A stretch of DNA of 63,849 nt, filler included, from Thelocarpon superellum (taxonomy: Eukaryota): NCBI GenBank assembly GCA_026025795.1. It is 6 parts of 6 records of this genome, joined end to end, with 100 filler letters (N's around TTAATTAATTAA, not from the genome) between each part and the next. Parts side by side here need not be neighbours in the genome. Positions count along the whole stretch, not along the records: positions 45,984 to 57,353 come from JAPEUG010000506.1; 5 more parts are not named here. One strand, 5' to 3'. The notes beneath the pieces were generated by a model. That model was not told the DNA's origin, did not search any database, and saw nothing but the letters and a program-made list of their open reading frames with translations. The stretch's first letter is position 1. Every line of letters starts with the position of its first letter. The position numbers and the translations under genes were made by a program. Positions 45,884 to 57,453 of the stretch are shown piece by piece.

Positions 45884-45983
45884 NNNNNNNNNNNNNNNNN
45901 NNNNNNNNNNNNNNNNNNNNNNNNNNNTTAATTAATTAANNNNNNNNNNNNNNNNNNNNNNNNNNNNNNNNNNNNNNNNNNNN
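45884..45983. other. Artificial contig-joining spacer
   Basis: N44-TTAATTAATTAA-N44. Confidence 0.98.
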
Positions 45984-48104
45984 GGTCCCAGCGCGCGGAG
46001 CCGCTGGCCCGCTCGCTTTCCGTTCCATGGTTGAGGTGACGCATTGAAAAAGGACGGAGCTGGTTCGACCAATGGTCGGCGCGACCCGACCGGGAGTCGC
46101 GGCGTCTCATCAGAAGCCGACCGACTAGGTAAGGTAGGTTCCAAGGGTGGAGGCAGGCCGCCTGACTGGGCGGGATCCAGGTCGAGGCGATCGACGGAAG
46201 CAGATCATCTAGACACCCTGCCACCCGCCGTCGCCACCCTCATTGGTCGAGGCCTGTGCCGGGCGGCGCCCGCGCCATCTCGCATCCGCCAGACCGGGGA
46301 TCGAAGACACGTCACGTGCCACACACTTGCTCGACGGTTGCTCCACCTCGTCTCCCGCTCCCGCCGGAGGGCAGGATGGTCGGATCGGAATTGTAATCGT
46401 AAGATTGACCCTGGCCGAAGACAGCGACGGAGACGAGGGCGCAGGCTGCCGTGGCTCCGACTGCCTGCCGGACGTTGCGGTCGTCACATTGTCCATGGCC
46501 ACGCAGCTAGCACCTCGCATCGAGCGCCTAGCACAAACCCCATGGCCCATTTCGCATCGCATCGCGCATTGCCCGTCGTGGGCCACGCTCGCTTTGCAAG
46601 TCGACCGCAGCGGGGCACGACAGCGGTAGTCGGGCGCCTGAGTGCCACGGACGATGCGCGTGTCCCTCAAGGAGGCAACGGATTGACCCTCGTGGCTGTC
46701 CGTCCCATCGATCTGATCAACGCGACCAGGAGCGGTGAGCGGCGGCGTCTGCTGGCCCTTCTACCTTGCTACGGATCGACCGGCGCGCCCACGCCATGGC
46801 GCTGCTCGACCACGGTCGATGCCTGCATCCTGCGTGCGCGACACGTCGTTTGGCAGCCTCGTCGGTCGGCGGACGACTCAGCCGGACCGATGCGGTACTA
46901 CGATTCAAGTTACGACGGTCCCCATGGGCCGCGCCGCGCGCCGCGGACGAAGCTGACGCCCAGGGTTGGATCTGGCGGGCCGGTCCTGCGCCCTCCGAAG
47001 CCAGTCTTGAGCCAGTCCTTGACCGATCCATCGCGCGGATCTGATGTGATCCCAGACCCTATTTCCCAATGTCGTGTGTAGAACCCCATTTGGCTTCCGA
47101 CGTCTGAGACCCGGTTCACGTCTGGGGGGGAGCTGGCTGGCCGCACACGAGCGAGCGAGCAAACGAGCGCATGGAAAGGGAGATCCGGCCCTCGGCGACA
47201 GGGCGACACCACGCCCATGTCCCATGCCCATGCCCATGCCCGATCCCAAGCCCAATCCCATTGCTGCACTGCTGCGCACGCTCGCCTTCTGTTACATCGG
47301 CCGACAGCCGATATAGAGCCGAGGGGGTGTCAGTACAGCGTCGACGTTAGCCCGCAGCGTGGACCAGGCGAGGGAGCTGACGAGGGCGAAGGCGACGGCG
47401 AAGGCGAGAGCGAGAGTGGAAGCGAGGGCAACGCCGTGCACCGAGTCGGAAGGGTCCGTAATCCGATCCGGTCCGCTCGCTCGGGATGTCTTCCATCTTC
47501 CACCTACCCCGTCTCTTGCGCCCTGCTCGGCTCGGAAGTAGGGTGGCGCCATCACGGCTGCATGGTCGGTGCGTCTCGATGGTTCATGGGGGGGTGCCGA
47601 CCCTTACTTACGGGGATGTGAGGTGGCTCTGCCGGCGTTCGTCATCTGCAAGGACGTTCCGGGGTGCTCGAATTAGAGGGCCGCATTTGAGCTCGAATCC
47701 AGTCTCGACGTTGTGCAAGTCGAGGTCACAGGAATGCGTTTTGCATCTTATCGATGGGCTCCACACCCAGGATCGCGCCCTCTGTTCAAGCGGTGCTGGC
47801 CAGGGAGGATCGGCCCTGAGACCAGCATGGTCGACCCGGTGGAGATATAACGACCCTGTCACCCCCGTCCAGCGCTTCGCTCCCTCGTTCCGCCACTGCC
47901 CCCTCTCCTCCCCGCCCGGTCACCTGCAGCGCTGGCTCTTGCTCGTCCTGGCCCTGGTCCTGGTCCTGGTCCTTGGCTGCAAATCATTTTCGTCCTCTTC
48001 CGTGCCTCCATCTGCATCCATCCACTCGTTCAGCTGCTACCCTTCGCCTTCTGCGGCTGCTCTCTCGCATCGCGTCTCGCCCTCGCTCGTCCCCGTCGGC
48101 GACC

Positions 48105-49217
48105 ATGAGAGGGACCAGTGACATGGATCCCGATGACATTCCCATCCTCGATCGCTCGCCCGTGTCCGAGGTCGGGTTTCGGCCGTCGGATGGGGTCGAC
48201 TTCCCCTACTACGGCTGGGACCTCCGGGCCGGCTCGCCCTTCTCCCCGCCCGCGCCCTGCCCGACGCCGGAGCCCGGGGTGTACTTTGAGCATGCCCGCA
48301 TGAGCACGCCGACGCAGCCGCCGGACGTCATGTCGGATCACCAGCTACGCGTGCTGGAGCGACGTCTCCAGAGTCAGCGCTGCTCGCTCGCGTCCAACGG
48401 CACGGCGCCGAGTATGACCATCGACGGCCATGACACGCCCTCGGATGGCTACCCGTCGTCGACGGACGACTTCACCGCGCACATGCAGTACTTCAAGTCG
48501 GCCCTGGATCCGACCGGCACCGAGCATATCCCCGACGCGCTCATCGCCGGCGGGCCCGGGCCCGAATACATCGAGATGACGGAGAAGCGCGGGATGGAGG
48601 AGGAGGCGGTGCCGCACCCTGAGCATCCCCGGCAAGCTCGTCGGGAGGTCCGCAGCCTGCCCCGCATCCTCACGTTGTCCGAGTTCCTTGACAACGCGCC
48701 CGCACCTGCGCCCGTGGCGGCCGTGGCGGACGCGCCGGCCCTCTCGCACGATGCGTACGCGGCACGTCGCCCGGTCGGCATCGTCGGCGATCTCGTGCCC
48801 AGTCCCCTCGCGCCCCGACCGAGCTACGATCCGCAACGCCTCTGGTACCGTGACGTGGGCACTCAGGCCGCGGCGGACGTGCCGAGCGCCGCGTCGACGA
48901 CCAAGTTCCACTTCTTCCCTCCCGTGCACGCGGCCCAGGCGGCGCCGCCGGCTCCCCGTCCGAGCCTGTCGCCGCTCCCATCGCACGAGTGTTCGGTTTT
49001 TGACGACGACGACGACGACGATGACGACGATACCCACAACGGACGCGGCTCGTTACGCCATCTCCTCCGACCGCGCTTCCGATCATCCAAGTCCAGCAAG
49101 TCGAGCAAGTCGGTCACACCCTCCAAGTCCAGCACGGGCCGACACAGTCAACGCACCTCCACCGCCCGATCCTCCTTTTGCTGTGGACTCTTCCGTTCTG
49201 GATCGACCAAAGCTTGA
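48105..49217 (+). CDS. Hypothetical Pro/Ser-rich disordered protein, about 370 aa
   Basis: GC3-biased ORF from ACCATG, with poly-Asp, SSK repeats and C-terminal FCCGLF. Pyrimidine-rich leader. No domain recognised. Confidence 0.6.
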   Translation: MRGTSDMDPDDIPILDRSPVSEVGFRPSDGVDFPYYGWDLRAGSPFSPPAPCPTPEPGVYFEHARMSTPTQPPDVMSDHQLRVLERRLQSQRCSLASNGTAPSMTIDGHDTPSDGYPSSTDDFTAHMQYFKSALDPTGTEHIPDALIAGGPGPEYIEMTEKRGMEEEAVPHPEHPRQARREVRSLPRILTLSEFLDNAPAPAPVAAVADAPALSHDAYAARRPVGIVGDLVPSPLAPRPSYDPQRLWYRDVGTQAAADVPSAASTTKFHFFPPVHAAQAAPPAPRPSLSPLPSHECSVFDDDDDDDDDDTHNGRGSLRHLLRPRFRSSKSSKSSKSVTPSKSSTGRHSQRTSTARSSFCCGLFRSGSTKA

Positions 49218-49568
49218 GCTCACCCGGTCGTCCTCTCATCCTCAATTAACGCTTGCTTCTCCCGACGATGACCGACAAGATGAGATGTTTCCTTAACTTT
49301 CCCTCCATGTATCTCCCGTGCTCGATACTCGTCGACTTTTCTCATGCTTGTTCGGTGTTTCTTCCCCCCCTAGCGACGGAATCACGGATGGTGTGACGGA
49401 TGAGGGCTGCTGGCCCGGACGCTCTACGGATGCTTGAAGATTTTTGGACCGCTTGCGCTGGGATCGGACAGGATCGCACTAGACCTGGACCTGGACGGAA
49501 TGGGTGGAATGGATGCAGGCACGGACGGACAGATGCTGGAGGACTCCTGCACCGATGAATGATCTTTC

Positions 49569-49626
49569 TTTCATTCGTTTTCATTCGCTTTCATTCGCTT
49601 TCATTCGCTTTCATTCGCTTTCATTC
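49569..49626 (+). repeat. 10-bp tandem repeat (TTTCATTCGC) about x5.8 within a T-rich 3' region
   Basis: Direct reading of the sequence. Confidence 0.9.
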
Positions 49627-50313
49627 TCCCTCCATTTATTTTCCTTCCTTTCCCCCTCTTTCTCGGTGTTATTCGTTCAGTTCTTCTATTTCTTCTCTTT
49701 TCATTTCGTTTTCGTTGTCCCGTTTCTTTCCTTAGTCTTTTCTTTCCTTCTCTCGTTGATTCTCGAGGTATCGTGGACGGACGAGTGACCTGATGAAAGG
49801 GAGACGCAAGATGGAAGACTACCATGCGAAGTTCCATGGAATATTTCCAGATGACGAAAAGAAGCAAGGCGTCGCTAACGAGAGTTGGATGTTGGATGTT
49901 GAACGTTGAACGTTGGACGCCAGATGCCGGATGATGCAGCGTGTTGTGATGAGATCCGACTTACCTAGCTAGCTGGCCATCTCCCTATCTATCTCAATTC
50001 ATCATCTACCACGCTTCCCTGGCACACTTTGGGCGCCTATCCAGACGGTCGAAGCGGAATTACTTCTGCTACGCATGCACATATTGCCTACCCGTGCTCC
50101 GGTGCGCCAAATCCGCCACCTGTGCCACCTCCGTAATGCTGCATGCCTACCTGCCCAATACCGCCCCCCCAAACTCCTTACCCTATGCCCTAAACCGCCA
50201 CGTTCTGGCCCTCGTCCCACGACTCCACGTCGAGCTCCAATTCCACCACCATCACCATTTCCCAGGCCCTACATTCTTCAACGTTCATGCCCAGCGCTCT
50301 CTGGCTCAATCAC

Positions 50314-52339
50314 CTAGCTCCCAACGGGCGATCCTGACGCGGCGGCAGTTAGACGATCACTCCGCCGGCCACGCCACACGGGACCCCATCTCCTCTCGAT
50401 GAAGAGGAGGGGAAGAGCGGCCGCGATAACGCCACCCAGGAGCATGAAGAGCCGCTCGGGTCCCAGCTTCTCCAGCAGCGGCTGCCCGATACCGCTGCCC
50501 ACCGCGCCAAAGGCCGAACGCACCACGCCCTGGACGGCGATGGCACTGGCGGTCTTGCCGGGGTACAGGTCGATGATCAGCGTGGTGGTAAGAATGGCTA
50601 CCCCTACGGTGGTGAATTGCACTGTGTACATCTTCGTGTCAGTCACTGTATCGAGTGCAAGAGGCGGTCGGTCCCTTACGCGCACAGTGGATGGCAATGT
50701 ACAGCGTCAGCGACTTCTGTCCGATGACATAGCCAAAGATGACGATGCAGAAGATAAACGGCCCCAGGAGCCAGCCCAGCTGCTGCAGGCGGGCGTGCTC
50801 GAGCGGGAAGCTGTTGGGCAGCGTCTCGCGATTGACAGTGAAGTTCGGCGGCAGGTTCTGCACGAACTTGTACAGCGTCTCTTCGCGGCGGAAGTCGCGG
50901 TCCATGATGCGTCCGATCACGGAGGCGGCGATGATGGTGGTGATGCCGCTGGGAATGGACGTCATCCCGATTTGCGTCGGCGTGAGGTGGAATCTCATCG
51001 CCAGCACTGGGGACGAGATTGAAGCGATGAGGAGGACACACATGAAGATGACGCTGACGAAGATCACCGTGACAAATACGTCTATTTCGAAGAAGAAGCG
51101 GAACGGCACGAGAAAGGTACGCCAGGTGACCCGTTCGCGCCGTGGTCGATTCTTCGTCGTCTCGCCCATCGGACAGTCCGGCTCGGCGACCAGGTGCAGG
51201 TCGTACGCTGGTGGGCGGTACGCGATGCCCACGAGCTTTACCGAGCCATTCCCCGCGATGGGACGATGCGTTTCGGGGAGAAAGATGAACAGCAACACAT
51301 TGGTGATGGCGCCGAAGAAAAGGATGAAGAAGAAGATGCTGTGGAAGCCGTGCGTCTGTGCCAGGTACCCTCCAAGGAGAGGCCCAAAGGTGGCCACCAC
51401 CTCGGCAAAGGCATAGGCAATGCCGAGGTACGCTCCGCGGTCCGAGGCAGGGAAGATGTCGGCGACGATGCCGAGGGCTGGACGCATCCGCGTCGTCAGC
51501 TCAAGAGCCTACAGAGAGTGCTACCCGCGAGTGCCTGTACTGAACGAGGACGTACCAATGGCTTCGATGCTGGCGGTGCCAAGGCCCTCCAGCGCGCGGA
51601 AGCCCACCAGTGCACCAACGGTGTTGGTGGCCGTGGCCAAGCCCAGGTTGGCGAGGGAGGAAACCAGCAGAGCAATGATTAGGATCTGCCGCCGCCCCAA
51701 GCTGTCCGCCAGCGGCGCCCAGAAGATGGGCGCGATCCCGGAGGCGACGGTGTGGGCGCTCAGGGACAGGTTCAGCACCGTGAGCTTGACTTTCAGCGTC
51801 TACGGTCGTCAGCGCGGGGGGTCGAGAGGGGGGAGGCCCGCAGTGGCAGAGGTCCCCACCTTTGCAATGAGCGTCTGCGCCGGTGAGAACATGCTGTATG
51901 ATAAGGACAGAGTGGAGCCGGCCATGCACACGAGCGCCAAGATACGCAGGCGAGCGCCGATGGAGAGAACATGGTAGGGCGGGTCGGGCAGGTCTTTCCA
52001 GCTATACGAGTCCCGCTCGCGGTGCTCAACGATCACGCTGGGGGAACGCATGGCGTGTGGACCGAGGGCCAGCGACATACGACGGAGACTCTTCCGGGCA
52101 GCGTCAATCACTCGTCCGCCCTGCTCGTGAAAGGACGACTTTCGATGCTTGTTGAAGGCGCGCTGGCGAGGGCTGGCATAGCTGGGGCTGTTATACACAT
52201 CGTCCCGCGATGTCTGCACTGGTCCGTGTACGCCCACAGACCGCGAGGGAGAATCATTCGTCCTCTCCTGCTTGTGCTTGGGAATCCTCAGTGGGGCCGG
52301 CTTGAAGGCCACGGCCTGCGGGGAGAGTGCGTGCATCAT
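50314..52339 (-). CDS. MFS drug:H+ antiporter (DHA1, Qdr-like); 4 exons (52339-51860, 51799-51556, 51477-50680, 50621-50314)
   Basis: DPPYHVLS...ILALV, motif A WAPLADSLGRR, IVADIFPASDRG, FGPLLGGYL, FLPETHRPIAGNGS, FPLEHARL and IDLYPGKTASA. Three GT..AG introns preserve the frame. Confidence 0.9.
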
Positions 52340-53467
52340 CTTGCTCGAGATCGGAAAGGCCGACGCATCATCACCGACGCGTCACGGTGGCATCTGCGTC
52401 TTATTTATTTCCCTCAATCCCCCCTCATCCGGCCGCTGGTGTCGAGGTCACGACCCAGGAGCAAACGCTCGACCCCTCCGGTCTTCTACGTCGCAGCATC
52501 CTGGCCGCGGTGGCAAGGTCATGCCTGGGGAGAGGAGGACGGACGCCGGGGATGCTTGTGTGTCAATGCATGACTGAAGCCGTGATCTGAGGATAAGAGG
52601 CGGGGCAGTCTGGCAACCCCACGCCGGGCACGGTCAACCGATGCTTGGGTCGGACATGTCATAAATCGCATTGAAGTATAGCGATGGGCTCAGCTGTGGA
52701 CAGGGCCCACCTGGGGAAAGTCTCCCGCGCCAGCCGCCATATCAGTTGCATCGAGGCTTGAGGTGAGATGCCTGTCTTGTCCATCAACGCCTTCGCACGA
52801 TCGAACTAGGCATTTGGACGCAATCAACGTGGCACGTTGCGTATTGAAGATGAAACCCGCGGGCGCGACTTTGGGTCTAGATCGCGAGTCCGTGCCACCA
52901 ACACGATGGGCAGGGTTATCGGCACCTGCCTAAGTAGGCCTGGCACAGCGGGGTCATCTGTAACATGGCGACCAGGTATCGCTGTCGTCGTTTCTAATGC
53001 GCCGCTCGCAATGCGCCCTGAGCGGTGGTTGAGAGTTTACGAAGGACGAGTCTGGCAGGGTGTAGGGTGCACGGTGCAGGGTTGCTGGCACCTGGGGAAG
53101 TGTCAAGAGGCGACGAGCGGTGCCGAGTCCCCAGTGGGCTCTCCGCCTTCCATCCTCCTTCCGTACCCGATCGGCATCTCACAGTCGTTGCCACGGGTCG
53201 GCAGCAACAACGAGGCTAAACCATGGCTGCTTCTCACACTTATGCCCTTCTGGGCCGACGGTGTCAGGACACTGCCGTGACTAAAAGAACCCGCTTGGGG
53301 AGTGATAATTTGTGCAGTTGCACAGGTGACATTGCAAGCTGGCCCAAGATACCGTGCGTAGGGCGGACGAAAGGTGCGACAGGCAGCGCATTCATCTCTT
53401 CGAACACGTCAAGCTCTCCAGCGTATGATCTTTCTCGCCTATCTCGAATAATACTATCACTTACTAC

Positions 53468-53567
53468 TACCTGCCGAGGCACGAGTACTACTACAGTAGC
53501 ACTACTTAGTACTCGTGCCTCAGTACTAAGTAGTGCTACTGTAGTAGTACTCGTGCCTCGGCAGGTA
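53468..53567. repeat. Perfect inverted repeat: 46-bp arms (53468-53513 and 53522-53567) with an 8-nt loop
   Basis: TACCTGCCGAGGCACGAGTACTACTACAGTAGCACTACTTAGTACT is followed, after CGTGCCTC, by its exact reverse complement. Confidence 0.97.
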
Positions 53568-55687
53568 CTCGTCCCTATAGCATTTTGCAGGTCAGCACCA
53601 GAGACACGACCAGTTGCACAGATTGCATTGCAGCGCTGAACCATGCTGCGCCGTCGACGGCCGACAAGCCACACCCAGCTGGACCAACTCAGACGAGCAA
53701 GGGTGTTGGAAGGGTCGGTCGCACGACAACCAATGATCACGGACACTAGACAGGTGCCAGATCATGTGCGAGGTACTGTGTTGACTCGGGTGCCAGAGGG
53801 ATACATCCTGCTGCACATCGGAAGAAGCACACCCACTCCGCCTCGAGCGCTCTGCTTCGCCGAGGTTCCAGGGGCACGATGCACCAATCGCGGTCGGTGC
53901 CGGCGTGAAGGAAGATCCGGTTGGTATGTGGGACAATGGAGCCATCGCTCGGCTGTCCGCTCGGGAGGTCCGGAAGCGTCGACAGGAAGAGGGAGACGAG
54001 ATCGCCACGGGGAGAGAGCTAGGAAGATCGCGTTGGTGGATCCGGTTATGTCTGCTCTCACCCTCATCTTGGCTTCTGCATCGGCGTCTGCGTCTGCGTC
54101 TGCATCTGCCGCTGCATCTACATCTACGTCGGCATCTGCACCTACAGCTGCATCCCTTGTCCTGGACGCCACTCCACCGATGCAGCTCCGGAAGCTGCGC
54201 TGTCTCAGCCGTACGTCTAGGAGCAGGGTGATCAGTATGATCCTGGACGGCGGTAGTATGTTACCAGAGTGGCCGTCATCTCCATAGCGTGACCCAATCG
54301 GACATGGTGACCTCCCAGAGATCGCCCGATGTATGCAGCTGGGCCGGGCCGAAGGCGGACACCTGCAGCTAGGACGCTGCCGCAGATTGTTGGTATCGCT
54401 ACCGGTGCTTTCACCTCCACCACCATCTGAGTCATGCACGACATCCCGCTTCATCTCTAGCGGATCCTCAGCACCGTACGAGGACGGGAACGAGTACCGG
54501 AGGTCGACCCACGCTACTTCTGCCCGTAATGCCTGCCCAACAAACGTCGCGGCTGTCGGCCCGAGCCTTGGCAAATGGGTCTCATCACCGCCCTTGCCTA
54601 TCGGGTCGCGCTGCCTGTAAATCTTCCACACCCGGTCCAAATGCCGGACCACCGGCATCAGAGAGGGAAGTATGATGTTGTGGTGCCCGCGTCCGAGACG
54701 CACATATCGTTGCTCGCCGTGCGCCATCTAACGTCTAGGTTTTCGAAGGGACAAGTACAGACTGCAGTGATGTCGTGGCAGCATGCAGCGCGTCACGATG
54801 TGGCGACGTCGCGTCCTATGGTAGGGAGTCCCAGTGCCATACTGTACCAATTTCCTAGACCAGGCAGACTACAGATGGAGCACATCAGACTGTGCGTATC
54901 GGGCCCAGGCGCAGCAGCGGCGAGTATGAGCGTTACACGGCGAGGCGCTGCCTGTTCGTCACCGGTGGGATTGTTGGGCGAGGCTTGCCGGCGAACAAGG
55001 AGGTGCGGAAGCGGCGAGGCCAACCATCCAGGGCTGCCGACCGAAGCGAATGATAGGGGCGCACTTGGACGTGTTGATCCCATTAACGTCTCCCCTTTCA
55101 CGTGTTGATGGTGCCGGTCGGCGTGAATAACCTGCAGACAGATGGACGCGTCATCAAGCGGGGCGGGAGCAACACAAGCAGAGTATCTTCATTAACGCAA
55201 GGAGAATTGATCAATCTATCGGCTAGGAGCCGTCACTGCCATCGATCCATGTTGTGACCCGAGCCAACACAAGTCACGAAGGCTGCCGACACAGTGCAAG
55301 TGACCAGGCGAGATCCACAAGATGGAGACTCGGGAGTGACTGCGTAGGTGACGGAAGGAGAACACTTCAACGCATTCGAAAGCACCATAAAAGAGCACCA
55401 GCCCACCTGGAAAAGCATCTCTTCCACAACCTCCACATCCACCACGGCCACCACAACTACCACTTCTCGGAGAGCGGAGAGGCCAGAATCGACCGTCCGG
55501 CAGGCCGACGAGGACAACTTGGAGTTCGGGGCCAGCGTCTTCTTTCGACCGTCCGACTCCAGTCGAGGGCCACACCCGCGGTGTGGAGATGGTGGGTGAG
55601 AGGCCTCAACCAGTGGACCTTACCGTCGCCGTCGCCGTCGCCTTCCCAAGGTCGACGGCGCCGAGTCCCCTCCCTCGGTGGAGGGTG

Positions 55688-57353
55688 TTACATGCCCTCG
55701 ACGTCCGGCACGTTGGGGGCGGTCGGCGGTTGGGTCGTGGCTGCCCGCTTGTGCGGCGGACTGCCGTCGTTGTCGGCGGGGTCGGTTGACGCGCGCTCCC
55801 GCTTCTTCCCCCTCTCGGGGCCACCCTCTCCTTCCGGGCCCCCTTCCTCCGCCTTCTCCTTCGCAGCATCACGTCGCTGCCGCTCGACCGCGATCTGAGC
55901 ATGATATCGAGCCGACGATTCCGCCATGGACCCGTCGGGGGCGTTCATCTGGCTCAGATATCTCGACCATTCACGCGCACGCTTGCGTGACTCGGCCTGC
56001 CACATCCCACACCTCGGTTAGTCCACCATGTTCTTGTCGCTCACTTGTGCGTTGTGGATGGTTCACTTACTGCTCGGCGAACAGCGGCCGCGGCGGCAGC
56101 CTTGCTCTGGCCCTCGGTGCCCTGGCCCGCGCCCGACGCGGTGGCCACGCCCGCCCTCGACCCGCCCTGGTGCAGGTCGATGTGATGGCCGTGTCGCTGA
56201 GGGCGAAGTTGCTCCGGCCGTGCCAACACGGAGAGCAGGTCTCTCCCAATCCCGAACGTCACCCCGCCGGGCGCTGGATGGCGGGCCACCGGTGCGGGCA
56301 CCGCACCCCCACCGGATTGACGGGCGAATGGATCGGCTGGCCCGGACGACTCAACCATGCGCAGGCTGGTCCTATCTTGCTCATCCCGGACTCGGGAGCT
56401 GGTTGGCCGCAGAACAGGGGCAGGTGTACCGCGCCGCAGATACTGCACTTCTCGGGTGAGCAGGCCAACCTGGAAATCCTCCCACACGTCCATCCGCACG
56501 CGAAAGACCAACTCGACCGTGCGCAAGTGCGCGATCCACACATCTGCCTGCGCCGGCATGTCCAAGTGCGACAGAGGGCTCAGGGGTGGCTCGTCGCCAG
56601 CCAGGATACGTTGACACCAAGCATGCTCCTGCTCGTACGTCGCCCGGGCCCGATCGACGTCCATTGGGTCGTCCCCATCCGTCCATGGAGGAGGCGGTTC
56701 GCAGTCTCGGGCAAATCGCGCAAGCGTGAACTCACCGTCTGTCACCACGGAGTGTCGCTGCGCATGTTGTTGATACAGATTCGGCTGCGGACGAAGCTCT
56801 GGGCCGCGGCTCGGAAGGCTCGAGGGGCGTGCCATGGTCATGGCCGCCGCCGGACCGGTTCCCACCTCCATATCGTGGAGCGCCGACGTGGTGACGGCAA
56901 CGCTTCCCGACGCGGAAGCCGTGGCCGCGGCCACATCCGCCATCGAGACCGTCACGCCCCCAGCTGTCGGCTGGGTGGCCGTGGACGAGGACATGAGTGG
57001 TGCGACGACGGGCAGGGCCGGCTCCGCCTGCGTTCGCCGCCGGTCGGCGGGCAGCGTCTGCGTCCGCCGCGGGACGGCTGGCAGCTTCGGCCGCAGGTTG
57101 GTCGTCTGCATCTGCGGAACAGCTGGGTACGTCGGCCGCTGGTTGACTGGCCGCATTGGCCCTTGGTAGCTTGGCTGCACCGCCCGCTGCATCGTCGACA
57201 CTACCGGTCCCATGGCCGTGTCCTGGACCGTCGACAGTACCGGCCTCACGATCGGATTCGGGTACTGCATCAGCCCTGGATTGTTCGACTCCACTTGCCG
57301 CGGATGCGTCAGCTGCACAGGTCTCGGATTCGGATTCGGATACGGATACGGAT
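55688..57353 (-). CDS. Hypothetical low-complexity protein; exons contig end-56071 and 55996-55688; 5' end possibly truncated
   Basis: A 425-aa ORF joins in frame to a 105-aa ORF through intron 55997-56070 (GTAAGT...CTAAC...CAG). No domain recognised. Confidence 0.55.
57325..57353 (+). repeat. (CGGATT/CGGATA) hexamer repeat at the contig end
   Basis: About 5 units abutting the pad; a likely cause of the assembly break. Confidence 0.8.
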
Positions 57354-57453
57354 NNNNNNNNNNNNNNNNNNNNNNNNNNNNNNNNNNNNNNNNNNNNTTA
57401 ATTAATTAANNNNNNNNNNNNNNNNNNNNNNNNNNNNNNNNNNNNNNNNNNNN
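57354..57453. other. Artificial contig-joining spacer
   Basis: N44-TTAATTAATTAA-N44. Confidence 0.98.

Noticed and set aside
29193..49626. Short tandem arrays (7-, 9- and 10-mers) as CRISPR-like or telomeric repeats
   Set aside because: No spacers and no TTAGGG units; these are ordinary micro/minisatellites in UTRs and introns.
49959..49970. ACTTACCT resembling the U1 snRNA 5' end
   Set aside because: No U1 stem-loops or Sm site follow.
52712..52900. GGAAAGTCTCC resembling RNase MRP CR-I
   Set aside because: No matching GGGGCT-type P4 partner or CR-V nearby.
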